DNA of 16,803 nt from Nanohaloarchaea archaeon B1-Br10_U2g1 (GTDB lineage: Archaea > Nanohalarchaeota > Nanosalinia > Nanosalinales > Nanosalinaceae), in NCBI GenBank assembly GCA_001563875.1, contig LKMN01000017.1, positions 1 to 16,803 on the forward strand, in the 5' to 3' direction. The notes beneath the pieces are model-generated. The model was not told the origin of the DNA. It searched no databases and worked only from the letters and a program-made list of their open reading frames with translations. Shown one piece after another: positions 8,150-16,741 of the stretch; within the stretch, counting starts at the first letter, position 1, and each line of letters begins with the position of its first letter. The position numbers and the translations under genes were made by a program.

Positions 8150-10624
8150 ATGAAGAAAATTGAAAGTTTAGAATTCGGAATCGTAAGCTCAGAAAAAATC
8201 CAGAACATTGCAGTAAAAGAAATCAGTAAGGCTGAAGTTTACGACGCCGACGGATTCCCTGTAGAAGGAGGAGTAATGGATCCTTCACTAGGAGTTATTG
8301 ACCCAGGTATGACCTGTCAAACCTGTGGAGGACGAATCAGAGAATGTCAAGGACACTTCGGAAAAATAACACTTTCACGTCCTGTATCCCACGTACTACA
8401 CGCAAAGAAGATTAGAAACCTACTAAGATTCACCCATCTCAACGAAAACGGGAACTGTACGCTTCTACTTAAGGATGAAAATAAGGCGCTGAGAAAAAGC
8501 AACAGGATGACAGAAGACCCTGAAACAGGAGAAGAAGTACCTGACATAGGGTTCGACAAGCCTTACACATTTACAGAGAACGGAGAAGAAATCAAGCCTG
8601 ACGAAATAATTGAAAGATTTGAACAGATCCCGAATGAACACGCAGCCAAACTAGGGGTAGAAGGAGGACGACCAGAAGACCTGATAATCACTCACGTGCC
8701 GGTACCTCCAGTAACAATGCGTCCTTCAATCACACTAGAGACAGGAGAAAGAAGCGAGGATGACATCACACACAAGCTTGTTGACATAATCAGAATCAAC
8801 AAGAGACTACAGAACAATATAGAGATAGAAGCACCAGACTTCATTATCGACGACCTATGGGAGCTACTACAGTACCACGTCTCAACACTGTTCTACAACG
8901 ACATGAGCGGTGTACCACCGGCAAGACACCGGTCCGGAAGAAGTCTAAAATCATTAATCGAAAGAGTACAAGGAAAAGAAGGAAGATTCAGACAGAACCT
9001 TATCGGTAAACGTGTCAACTTCTCAGCAAGAACAGTAATCAGCCCAGACCCTAACATAGGTGTAAACGAAGTGGGAATACCTTACGAAGTAGCCGAGAAA
9101 CTGACAATCCAGGTCCAGGTAAATGAGGACAAGCACGATGAAGTCATGGAGTGGCTGGACAACGGAGCCGAGTCACATCCGGGAGTAAACTACGTCTTCC
9201 AACCAGACGGCAGAAGAAGAAAAGTAACAGAAGACAATATAGAAGATCTGAAAGAGATGATTGAGCCAGGAGAGGGCTGGAAAGTTGAAAGACATCTGGT
9301 GGACGGAGACATCGTACTATTCAACCGTCAGCCAAGCCTCCACAGAATGTCTATAATGGCGCACAGGGTACGAGTTCTACCTTACAGAACGTTCAGAATA
9401 AATCCAAACGTCTGTGCACCGTACAACGCAGACTTCGACGGAGACGAGATGAACCTTCACGTACCACAGACAGAGGAAGCACGTGCCGAAGCAGAAGAAC
9501 TACTTAAGGTGCAGGAACACGTTAAATCACCGAAAACCGGTTCACCAATTATCGGTATGCTTCAAGACTATATCTCCGGACTATATCTACTGACAAGAGG
9601 AGACGTAGAACTATCAAGAGAGAAAGCATTCAACCTCCTTGCCGAAGCAGGAGAGCACGATGAAAGTCTTCCTGAAGGAGAAACGATAGAAGGAAGAGAT
9701 CTAGTATCGCTCTTTATTCCAGAAGATATTTCACTAGTAATAAACGAGGGAGAAGACAAAGAAGTAGTAATTGAGGATGGAGAACTCATCAAAGGAGTGC
9801 TTGATGAAGACGCACTTGGAGACTACGGAGGAGAAATCATCCAGCAACTAAACATCGAATACGGAAGCGACAAAGTCGCAGAGTTCCTCAACCGAGTCTC
9901 AAGAATTGGAGCAGTGTTCCTAACAAGAAGAGGATTCTCCATAAGCATTGACGACCTTGAAGTCCCAGACGATGCAACAGAAGAAATCAAAGAACTAGTA
10001 GAAAACACCATTGAAAACGCTGAAGAAGTAATCGAAGACTACAGAAACGAAGAGATGGAGGCAATCACAGGCAAGACACTAGAGGAGACACGAGAAATCC
10101 GTATGACGCAGACATTAAACAACGTCTTCGCAGACATCGGAGAAATAATCTCAGAAAACGTAGATGAAGATTCAAGCGCGCTGGTCATGGCAGACTCAGG
10201 AGCAAGAGGAAGTATGCAGAACGTTACAACTATGGCAGGTCTACTAGGACAGAACGCAGTAAGAGATCAGAGAATAAACAGAGGATACAAGGATAGAACC
10301 ACCTCTCACTTTAAGAAAGGAGAACTAAGTCCTAAAGCAAGAGGATTTGTATCTTCAAACATCTTGGAAGGGCTTGACGCACAAGAGATGTTCTTCCACC
10401 AGATGAGCCAGAGAAAGGCACTGATGGACAAGTCGCTCAGAACAAAGACCAGCGGATACATGTACAGAAGAGTGGCAAACTCCCTACAAGACTTGAGAGT
10501 AGAGAAAGACCAAACAGTAAGAAACGCACAGGGAGAAATCATCCAATTCAGAGCTGGAGAAGACGGTGTAGACCCACAAAAATCCGATAGAGGAATAGTT
10601 TCTACAGAGCTGGAGACACAATAG
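8150..10624 (+). CDS. rpoA1: DNA-directed RNA polymerase subunit A' (Rpo1N)
   Basis: Zn site CQTC...C.GHFG, GKEGRFRQNLIGKRVNFSARTVISPDP, NRQPSLH and catalytic YNADFDGDEMN (NADFDGD at 9425-9445). Start is ATG 8150 (SD GAGGGTG 8137-8143) or in-frame GTG 8141. Confidence 0.97.
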   Translation: MKKIESLEFGIVSSEKIQNIAVKEISKAEVYDADGFPVEGGVMDPSLGVIDPGMTCQTCGGRIRECQGHFGKITLSRPVSHVLHAKKIRNLLRFTHLNENGNCTLLLKDENKALRKSNRMTEDPETGEEVPDIGFDKPYTFTENGEEIKPDEIIERFEQIPNEHAAKLGVEGGRPEDLIITHVPVPPVTMRPSITLETGERSEDDITHKLVDIIRINKRLQNNIEIEAPDFIIDDLWELLQYHVSTLFYNDMSGVPPARHRSGRSLKSLIERVQGKEGRFRQNLIGKRVNFSARTVISPDPNIGVNEVGIPYEVAEKLTIQVQVNEDKHDEVMEWLDNGAESHPGVNYVFQPDGRRRKVTEDNIEDLKEMIEPGEGWKVERHLVDGDIVLFNRQPSLHRMSIMAHRVRVLPYRTFRINPNVCAPYNADFDGDEMNLHVPQTEEARAEAEELLKVQEHVKSPKTGSPIIGMLQDYISGLYLLTRGDVELSREKAFNLLAEAGEHDESLPEGETIEGRDLVSLFIPEDISLVINEGEDKEVVIEDGELIKGVLDEDALGDYGGEIIQQLNIEYGSDKVAEFLNRVSRIGAVFLTRRGFSISIDDLEVPDDATEEIKELVENTIENAEEVIEDYRNEEMEAITGKTLEETREIRMTQTLNNVFADIGEIISENVDEDSSALVMADSGARGSMQNVTTMAGLLGQNAVRDQRINRGYKDRTTSHFKKGELSPKARGFVSSNILEGLDAQEMFFHQMSQRKALMDKSLRTKTSGYMYRRVANSLQDLRVEKDQTVRNAQGEIIQFRAGEDGVDPQKSDRGIVSTELETQ

Positions 10625-10637
10625 AGGTGCCCCAATA

Positions 10638-11753
10638 ATGACAAAAAACAAACTCAACTGGAAAGAACGAGCAGAACAACTACCACCAAAATACAAAGAA
10701 AACGGTTTAACCGGCGAAGCAGAAGAAAGACTGGTTGAAAGATACCAAAAGATGCAGTACGAACCAGGTGAATCAATAGGTGTAGTGGCTGCACAGTCAC
10801 TTGCTGAACCAGCAACCCAGCTGACCATGGAAACATACCACGCAGCAGGAGCCGCACAAGTATCTCTTACAGCAGGACTTCCACGTCTAATCGAGATTGT
10901 AGACGCAAGAAGAAACCCTAAGACACCAGCGATGGATGTCTACTTAGAGGACGACTATAACAACGAGGAAGATGCCAAAAAGGTAGCTCGAAAACTAAGA
11001 GAAGTAACTTTCACAGATCTTATCAAAAAAGACACTCTGGACATTATGCAGCTACAAGTTGAATACGGACTTAATCCAGACCTGATGGGAGATTACGACG
11101 TAGATGCAGAAGACGTTAAATCACGGATAAAAGAGTCTGTAAAGAAGGCTAAGATAACAATAGAAGACGACGAAACAATAGTACTCGAATCTTCAGAAGA
11201 CGACTACGATCTTAGAGACCTCAAAGACCTGAAAAACAAGGCAGAAGAAGCACGGATAAAAGGAATAAAAGGAATCGAACAGGTCGTTGTAACGGAAGAT
11301 AACGGAGAATGGCGTCTTCAAACTGCAGGAACATCTCTAAGAAAAACCCTGAAGATAAAAGAAGTTGACGACACTAGAACCATCTCAAACGATCTCTATG
11401 AAGTCAAAAAGGTAATTGGAATAGAAGCACTGAGACAGAGAATTATAGAGGAAGTAAACGAGACGCTTGCAGCACAAGGAATTGGAGTAGACGACCGACA
11501 CATTATGCTTCTCGCCGACATGATGACCAAGGAAGGAGAGCTCAACGGTACAACCCGTTACGGAATAGTTGGAGAGAAAAAGTCGGTTCTTGCCAGATGT
11601 GCATTCGAAGAGACCAAGAAACATCTAAGACAAGGCGCATTGAGAGGGGAAAGAGATGACCTAGACGGAGTAATTGAAAATCTGATGCTCGGACAAGCCG
11701 TTCCAAACGGAACAGGTACAGTCGACTTAAAGGCAGGGTTTTCGTCAGAATGA
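10638..11753 (+). CDS. rpoA2: DNA-directed RNA polymerase subunit A'' (Rpo1C)
   Basis: PGESIGVVAAQS..EP.TQ, GLPRLIEIVDAR, RHIMLLAD.MT, SVLAR.AFE and GVIEN...GQ....GTG motifs. SD GAGGTG at 10624-10629. Confidence 0.97.
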   Translation: MTKNKLNWKERAEQLPPKYKENGLTGEAEERLVERYQKMQYEPGESIGVVAAQSLAEPATQLTMETYHAAGAAQVSLTAGLPRLIEIVDARRNPKTPAMDVYLEDDYNNEEDAKKVARKLREVTFTDLIKKDTLDIMQLQVEYGLNPDLMGDYDVDAEDVKSRIKESVKKAKITIEDDETIVLESSEDDYDLRDLKDLKNKAEEARIKGIKGIEQVVVTEDNGEWRLQTAGTSLRKTLKIKEVDDTRTISNDLYEVKKVIGIEALRQRIIEEVNETLAAQGIGVDDRHIMLLADMMTKEGELNGTTRYGIVGEKKSVLARCAFEETKKHLRQGALRGERDDLDGVIENLMLGQAVPNGTGTVDLKAGFSSE

Positions 11754-11780
11754 TAAACAGTGAACCCCACCACAAAATGG

Positions 11781-11788
11781 TTTATAAA
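11781..11788 (+). promoter_or_regulatory. Putative internal TATA box upstream of nusA
   Basis: TTTATAAA in the 97-bp rpoA''-nusA spacer. SD GAGGT at 11836-11840. Confidence 0.4.
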
Positions 11789-11850
11789 ACCTACTACCAA
11801 ATGGATGAGATACAGACCAAAAAACAAGTTTTCTTGAGGTAAACAACAAT

Positions 11851-12273
11851 ATGGCAACAGTAACATACGATACAGAGAACATCCGTGCGATGAACATGTT
11901 TGAATCAATCACAGGTGTTGAAGCACGAGATGTTATTCTTAAAGAGAACGAAGCTTACTTCATAGTACCTGACGGTAAAGCAGGAATGGCTATAGGTAAA
12001 GGCGGAAAAGTAGTGAAGAAAGTACAGAACAAAATCGGTAAAGAAGTAAAGATCTACGAATATAGCGACAACCTAGGAAAATTCCTAAACAACCTTGTAC
12101 CAACCGATCTAAGAGGAGTAGACATAGATGACGAAGGAGAAGAGAAGAAAGTTGAGATCTCAGTAGCGCCGAATAACAAAGGCAGAGTAGTAGGAAAGAA
12201 CGGGAACAAGATAGACTCAATCAGAGAAGTACTCCATAGAACACACGGAGTAGATGAAGTAGTCGTTGAATAA
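11851..12273 (+). CDS. nusA: Archaeal NusA-like transcription factor (two KH domains)
   Basis: FESITGV...D, G.AIGKGG and KGRVVGKNG KH GxxG loops. 140 aa, at the conserved position after rpoA''. Confidence 0.94.
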   Translation: MATVTYDTENIRAMNMFESITGVEARDVILKENEAYFIVPDGKAGMAIGKGGKVVKKVQNKIGKEVKIYEYSDNLGKFLNNLVPTDLRGVDIDDEGEEKKVEISVAPNNKGRVVGKNGNKIDSIREVLHRTHGVDEVVVE

Positions 12274-12351
12274 AGTTTAGGAGACCTACCCCCTCCCAAC
12301 TGTTCCAGAAACTCTATTACAGTTCTTAAACTTCAAAGGATAAACCGACAT

Positions 12352-12636
12352 ATGGCTGAGAGAAACTGTCCTAACTGCGGAAGTAAGAACGTAGAGCCAG
12401 ACTTAACAGAGACTACAGCGTTTTCACACGGAAATGTTAACGACTGGATATGTAATAACTGCGGTTATAGAGGTATAATGCCCGAAGGAGAACTAGACGA
12501 GGACATCGAGTTCGAGGAACCTGAAAAAGAACAGATTAAGGAAGTAGAAACCTACAAATTCAGAAAATACATGGTTTTCATCATAATATTTCTTCTTACA
12601 GCGATCCTAATCTACATGGAGTTTTACTATATCTGA
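12352..12636 (+). CDS. Small CPxCG-type Zn-ribbon protein with C-terminal transmembrane helix
   Basis: CPNCG...WICNNCGY, acidic linker, then KFRK followed by hydrophobic YMVFIIIFLLTAILIYMEFYYI. TATA-like TTCTTAAA at 12323-12330 suggests a leaderless transcript. Confidence 0.8.
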   Translation: MAERNCPNCGSKNVEPDLTETTAFSHGNVNDWICNNCGYRGIMPEGELDEDIEFEEPEKEQIKEVETYKFRKYMVFIIIFLLTAILIYMEFYYI

Positions 12637-12697
12637 AAAATTCACCTACTTTAGACAAGTTGGTATAAAAAGGTTAAGTTCGATTTGAAAATTTACT

Positions 12698-13120
12698 ATG
12701 GGCTTGTACAACGCAAGAAAAACTAGAAAGAAACGCCAGCAGTACCGCTGGAGTGACATAGACTACAAGCGGAGAATGCTTAAACTAAAAGAGAAATCAG
12801 ATCCTCTAGAAGGTTCACCGCAAGGAAGAGGAATCGTACTAGAAAAACGTGTAATTGAAGCAAAACAACCAAACTCCGCACTACGTAAATGTGTACGAGT
12901 CCAACTACTCAAAAACGGTAAACAGCTAACAGCTTTCGTACCAGGAGACGGAGCAATCGACCACATCGACGAACACGACGAAGTAATGATCGAAGGAATC
13001 GGTGGAGCAGACGCAGGTCCTATGGGAGATATTCCAACAGTAAGATTCCAAGTCGTAAAAGTAAACGGAGTATCACTAGAAGAACTTGTAGCTGGAAACA
13101 AACAGAAACCAACACGGTGA
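12698..13120 (+). CDS. rps12: 30S ribosomal protein S12 (uS12)
   Basis: GIVLEK...[30 protein letters not shown] and GDIP.VRF motifs. TATAAAAA at 12664-12671. Confidence 0.98.
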   Translation: MGLYNARKTRKKRQQYRWSDIDYKRRMLKLKEKSDPLEGSPQGRGIVLEKRVIEAKQPNSALRKCVRVQLLKNGKQLTAFVPGDGAIDHIDEHDEVMIEGIGGADAGPMGDIPTVRFQVVKVNGVSLEELVAGNKQKPTR

Positions 13121-13127
13121 TAAAAAG

Positions 13128-13754
13128 ATGAGCGATGCAGCAAAACTAGAGCTTGAAGACGGACTGAAAACATTCGGAAGATGGGACGCAGAAGAAGTAG
13201 AAATTGAAGATGACGGACTAGTAAGATATGTCAACCTAGAAAATATTCTAGCTCCGAGAAGCAAGGGAAGACACAGCGAGAGACAGTTCTACAAATCAGA
13301 TGTTCCCGTAGTTGAAAGACTTCTAAACAGGATGTACGTAGCAGGACACCGAGGTAAGAAGCACTACATCGACTCCGGACACAACACCGGAAGCAGCGAC
13401 AAGCTCTGGAAGCTAATCGAAGACGCATTCGAAATAATTGAAGAAGAAACCGGAGAGAACCCAATCCAAGTACTTGTGACCGCAATCGAAAACTCTTCCC
13501 CTGCAGAGGAAGTCGTTACATACCAAAGAGGAGGCGTAAGAGCAAGGAAAGCAGTATTGGTTTCTCCTCAGAGAAGGATAGATCTCGCATTAAGACTGCT
13601 TGTACAAGGAGCATACGAGAAAAGACTTGCATCAAGCGAAGACGCAGTGGAAACACTTGCAAACGAACTAATGCTTGCAGCAGACGGAGACGACTCCGCA
13701 AGAGCAGTAAGAGAGAAAGAAAGAAGGGAAAGAGAAGCAGAAGGTGCACGATAA
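13128..13754 (+). CDS. rps7: 30S ribosomal protein S7 (uS7)
   Basis: FGRW...V...D.GL, VVERLLN, NPIQVLV.AIENS.P.EE and VSPQRRIDLALR motifs. Follows rps12, whose GGTGA stop region serves as SD. Confidence 0.97.
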   Translation: MSDAAKLELEDGLKTFGRWDAEEVEIEDDGLVRYVNLENILAPRSKGRHSERQFYKSDVPVVERLLNRMYVAGHRGKKHYIDSGHNTGSSDKLWKLIEDAFEIIEEETGENPIQVLVTAIENSSPAEEVVTYQRGGVRARKAVLVSPQRRIDLALRLLVQGAYEKRLASSEDAVETLANELMLAADGDDSARAVREKERREREAEGAR

Positions 13755-13854
13755 ACCTTCTTACAATCCTTACATCTTTCTAACTACTTCTGTTTTCAAA
13801 TTATTCTCATCCGTTAAACTAACCTTTAAACAAAGAATCTACGTCAAATTCTCT

Positions 13855-13872
13855 AACCCTTTTTTAAATCTT
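13855..13872 (+). promoter_or_regulatory. Putative fusA promoter (TATA box)
   Basis: AACCCTTTTTTAAATCTT. SD GGTGA at 13901-13905. Confidence 0.55.
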
Positions 13873-13915
13873 GCAATTACTTTCTAAGGTATAACTATTT
13901 GGTGAAATTCAAACT

Positions 13916-16102
13916 ATGGGAGACGAACTTGACGCAATCAAAGGAGTGATTAACGATCCTGAACACATCAGGAACATCGCAATCGCTGCACACATTGATC
14001 ACGGAAAAACAACATTAACAGACAACCTACTCGCAAGAGCCGGGATGATATCAGACAAACTAGCAGGAGACCAACGCTTCATGGACTTTGACGACCAAGA
14101 AGCTGAAAGAGGTATTACAATTTACTCAGCAAACATCTCAATGGTACACGAATACGACGGAGATGACTACCTGATCAACCTTATCGACACACCCGGCCAC
14201 GTCGACTTTGGAGGAGACGTTACACGTGCAATGCGTGCAGTCGACGGAGTAGTAGTACTTGTAGATGCTGTCGACGGCGTTATGCCTCAGACAGAAACAG
14301 TCATGAAACAAGCGCTCCAGGAAGGCGTCAAGCCAGTACTATTCATCAACAAAGTAGACCGGCTGATCGAGGAAATGCAGCTTACACCTGAGGAGATGCA
14401 AGAAAGATTCACAGAAATCATCCGAGAAGTCAACACAGCCCTAAGAAAATACGCAACAGACGAACAGATCGAAAAATGGCAGATGGCTGTAAACGACGGA
14501 ACTGTAGCATTCGGTTCAGCACTGAAGAACTGGGCGATTTCTGTTCCTTACATGAAAGATACAGGAATCACCTTCGGAGACATAATTGAAAGAGTAAACG
14601 AAGGAGACCATGAAGGCCTAAGAGACGACGCACCGATCGAAGAAGTCGTATTGGACATGGTAGTACAGCACCTAACCGATCCAAGAAGCTCAGGACAAGA
14701 CAGGATTCCGGCCGTATGGAGCGGAGACATCGACAGCGAAGTCGGACAGTCAATGGAAGACCAAGACGCTGACGGACCGCTAGTCGGAGTTGTAACAAAC
14801 GTTGAAGACGACGAACACGCAGGAACAATCGCAACAGCAAGACTTTTCTCCGGAACAGTGGAAGAAGGAGACGAACTATACGGAATCGGATCACAGAAGA
14901 CTGAAAGAGCACAACAGGTAGGAATCTACTCAGGACCAAGAAAACTGAACGTAGATGAAGTACCAGCCGGAAACATCGCGGCGATCACAGGACCTGACTT
15001 CTCAACAGGAGAGACATTCGTAAGGTCGGGAGAAGACGAAGATATTACTCCATTCGAACAGATTGAACACGTCTTCGAACCTGTAGTTACAAAGTCCATC
15101 GAACCAAAGAGGACCAGCGACCTACCAAAACTGATTGAAACACTGAGAAAACGTGCGAAGGAAGACAACACTATCCAAGTCGATATTGATGAGGAAACCG
15201 GAGAAACAAAGGTTTCCGGGCTAGGAGAACTACACATCGAAGCAAAGATCGAGAGACACCTCGACGAAAAAGGTATCGATATCAACGTATCCGAACCTAT
15301 CGTTGTATTCCGAGAAGGTATCGACTCACAGTCTCCAGAAGTAACAGGAAAGTCACCTAACAGACACAACCAACTCGACATCACAGTTGAGCCAATAACA
15401 GAAGACGTCAGAAAGTTCCTAAAAGAGGATTATGAAGAACTGAAAATGCAGAGTGACGACGAGACAGAAGTCAGAGACGCATTGGTCGAGGTAGGCCTGA
15501 CAAAAGATGAAGCAGACAATCTAATGGAAGTATACGAGGAGAACATCTTCGTCAACGCGTCAAGAGGTATCAAAAACCTGAGAGAAATTCAGGAATACCT
15601 TGTAGAAGCATTCCACGAGTTCTGTGACGAAGGACCACTAGCAAACGAGCCAGTAATCGGACTGAAAGTCAAACTACACGACGCAAAGCTACACGAAGAC
15701 GCAATCCACAGAGGACCAGCACAGATGATCCCGGCAACAAAAGACTCGCTGAAAAGAGGTTTCTTACAAGCTGATCCTCAGCTAATCGAACCGAAACAGA
15801 TTCTCAGAATTGACACTCCAAGCGACACAATGGGAGACGCAATGACAGAAGTCTCAAACAGAAGAGGAGACGTAGTAGATATGGAAGAAGAAGGAGGAAG
15901 TAGCGTCATCAAATGTAAGCTTCCTGTAGAAGAACTGTTCGGATTCGAAGCAGCACTGAAATCCGCGACAAACGGTAAAGGATTCTTCAGCCTGATCGAC
16001 CTAATCTACGAACCACTCATGCTTGACCTACAAGATGAGAAGATTCTCGAAATCAGAGAAAGGAAAGGCATGAAAGAAGAACTACCAACACTAGAGGAGT
16101 AA
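13916..16102 (+). CDS. fusA: Translation elongation factor aEF-2
   Basis: AHIDHGKTT, RGITI, DTPGHVDF, NKVD and GELH motifs. Diphthamide loop LHEDAIHRGPAQ (His598, codon 15707-15709). Confidence 0.98.
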   Translation: MGDELDAIKGVINDPEHIRNIAIAAHIDHGKTTLTDNLLARAGMISDKLAGDQRFMDFDDQEAERGITIYSANISMVHEYDGDDYLINLIDTPGHVDFGGDVTRAMRAVDGVVVLVDAVDGVMPQTETVMKQALQEGVKPVLFINKVDRLIEEMQLTPEEMQERFTEIIREVNTALRKYATDEQIEKWQMAVNDGTVAFGSALKNWAISVPYMKDTGITFGDIIERVNEGDHEGLRDDAPIEEVVLDMVVQHLTDPRSSGQDRIPAVWSGDIDSEVGQSMEDQDADGPLVGVVTNVEDDEHAGTIATARLFSGTVEEGDELYGIGSQKTERAQQVGIYSGPRKLNVDEVPAGNIAAITGPDFSTGETFVRSGEDEDITPFEQIEHVFEPVVTKSIEPKRTSDLPKLIETLRKRAKEDNTIQVDIDEETGETKVSGLGELHIEAKIERHLDEKGIDINVSEPIVVFREGIDSQSPEVTGKSPNRHNQLDITVEPITEDVRKFLKEDYEELKMQSDDETEVRDALVEVGLTKDEADNLMEVYEENIFVNASRGIKNLREIQEYLVEAFHEFCDEGPLANEPVIGLKVKLHDAKLHEDAIHRGPAQMIPATKDSLKRGFLQADPQLIEPKQILRIDTPSDTMGDAMTEVSNRRGDVVDMEEEGGSSVIKCKLPVEELFGFEAALKSATNGKGFFSLIDLIYEPLMLDLQDEKILEIRERKGMKEELPTLEE

Positions 16103-16111
16103 ACCCCCCCC

Positions 16112-16147
16112 TCTAAATTCTTTTCTATTAATTTCATTATTTCTTCT
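16112..16147 (+). terminator. Putative T-rich terminator after fusA
   Basis: T-rich tract TCTAAATTCTTTTCTATTAATTTCATTATTTCTTCT between convergent stops. Confidence 0.4.
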
Positions 16148-16557
16148 CTAGTAATATCTGAGAAAACCTGTTTCTGCTTCCACGTAATGCACTAACTCAT
16201 TCAGCTCCCGGTATATATCCTCAGTAGGTTCGGAACAGGCTTTTAGATTATCTATTGCTATCGTTTCGGGTTCATAGCTTAGTCTGTCAAGAGCGGTTGT
16301 ATATGTTATCGTCTTATCTTGATTGAGTAGTTCTAGAGTTCTCTCATAACCAGAAACAGTAATATCTCCTTCTTCATCCAAGAGTAGTTTACGTTTACCC
16401 CCCGTAGCAGTAGAATGTTCGTATATTAACAGATCTACACGTTTAGAGCTGTTGTCAGGAAGGTTGACCCCGCATCTTGCGGCCGCAGGATCTTCTTTTC
16501 TACTGTTTTAACAGTTATTTCTTGTTCAGGATCATCGGAAACCAAACCTTCAGACAT
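16148..16557 (-). pseudogene. Hypothetical protein gene (~136 aa) split by a -1 frameshift near 16495-16500; the 16148..16381 ORF is its 3' part
   Basis: ATG 16557 has an upstream BRE/TATA and reads MSEGLVSDDPEQEITVKTVEK..., stopping at 16435. The -1 frame is open from about 16507 to 16148 (KEDPAAARCGVNLPDNSSKRVDLLIYEH...DEEGDITV...FLRYY). One extra A in GAAAAG would join the two frames. Confidence 0.55.
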
Positions 16558-16580
16558 AATTACTTTGTAGTAACAACACT

Positions 16581-16599
16581 ATTATATAAGTTTCCTTTC
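16581..16599 (-). promoter_or_regulatory. BRE-TATA promoter for the 16557 gene (leaderless)
   Basis: Minus strand GAAAGGAAACTTATATAAT, with TTATATAA about 25-32 nt upstream of ATG 16557. Confidence 0.6.
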
Positions 16600-16680
16600 G
16601 AACCGGCTTCAGCCCAAAAACCGTCAAGAAACCAGAAATCTCTCGAATAAGACAACTCTCATCAAAACCAGTACCTCACA

Positions 16681-16697
16681 AACCCTTTTTAAAACTT
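16681..16697 (+). promoter_or_regulatory. Putative tuf promoter (TATA box)
   Basis: AACCCTTTTTAAAACTT, nearly identical to the element upstream of fusA. SD AGGTG at 16726-16730. Confidence 0.55.
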
Positions 16698-16741
16698 AAT
16701 CGACTAATCCCGAATTATACGCAGTAGGTGTAAAACTCAAA

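Noticed and set aside
4803-11753. Inteins in RNA polymerase subunits
   Set aside because: Subunit lengths are normal or short, and no intein splice motifs or homing endonuclease insertions are visible.
11777-11842. Mini-ORF as a remnant of rpl30e
   Set aside because: No recognisable similarity to eL30 and far too short.
5057-15384. Numerous minus-strand ORFs within rpo, nusA, rps and fusA genes
   Set aside because: Antisense artefacts of the biased codon usage, lying over highly conserved genes.
16148-16381. 77-aa ORF with TTG start as a complete gene
   Set aside because: The frame stays open about 125 nt further upstream and the promoter points to ATG 16557. Treated as the 3' part of a frameshifted gene.
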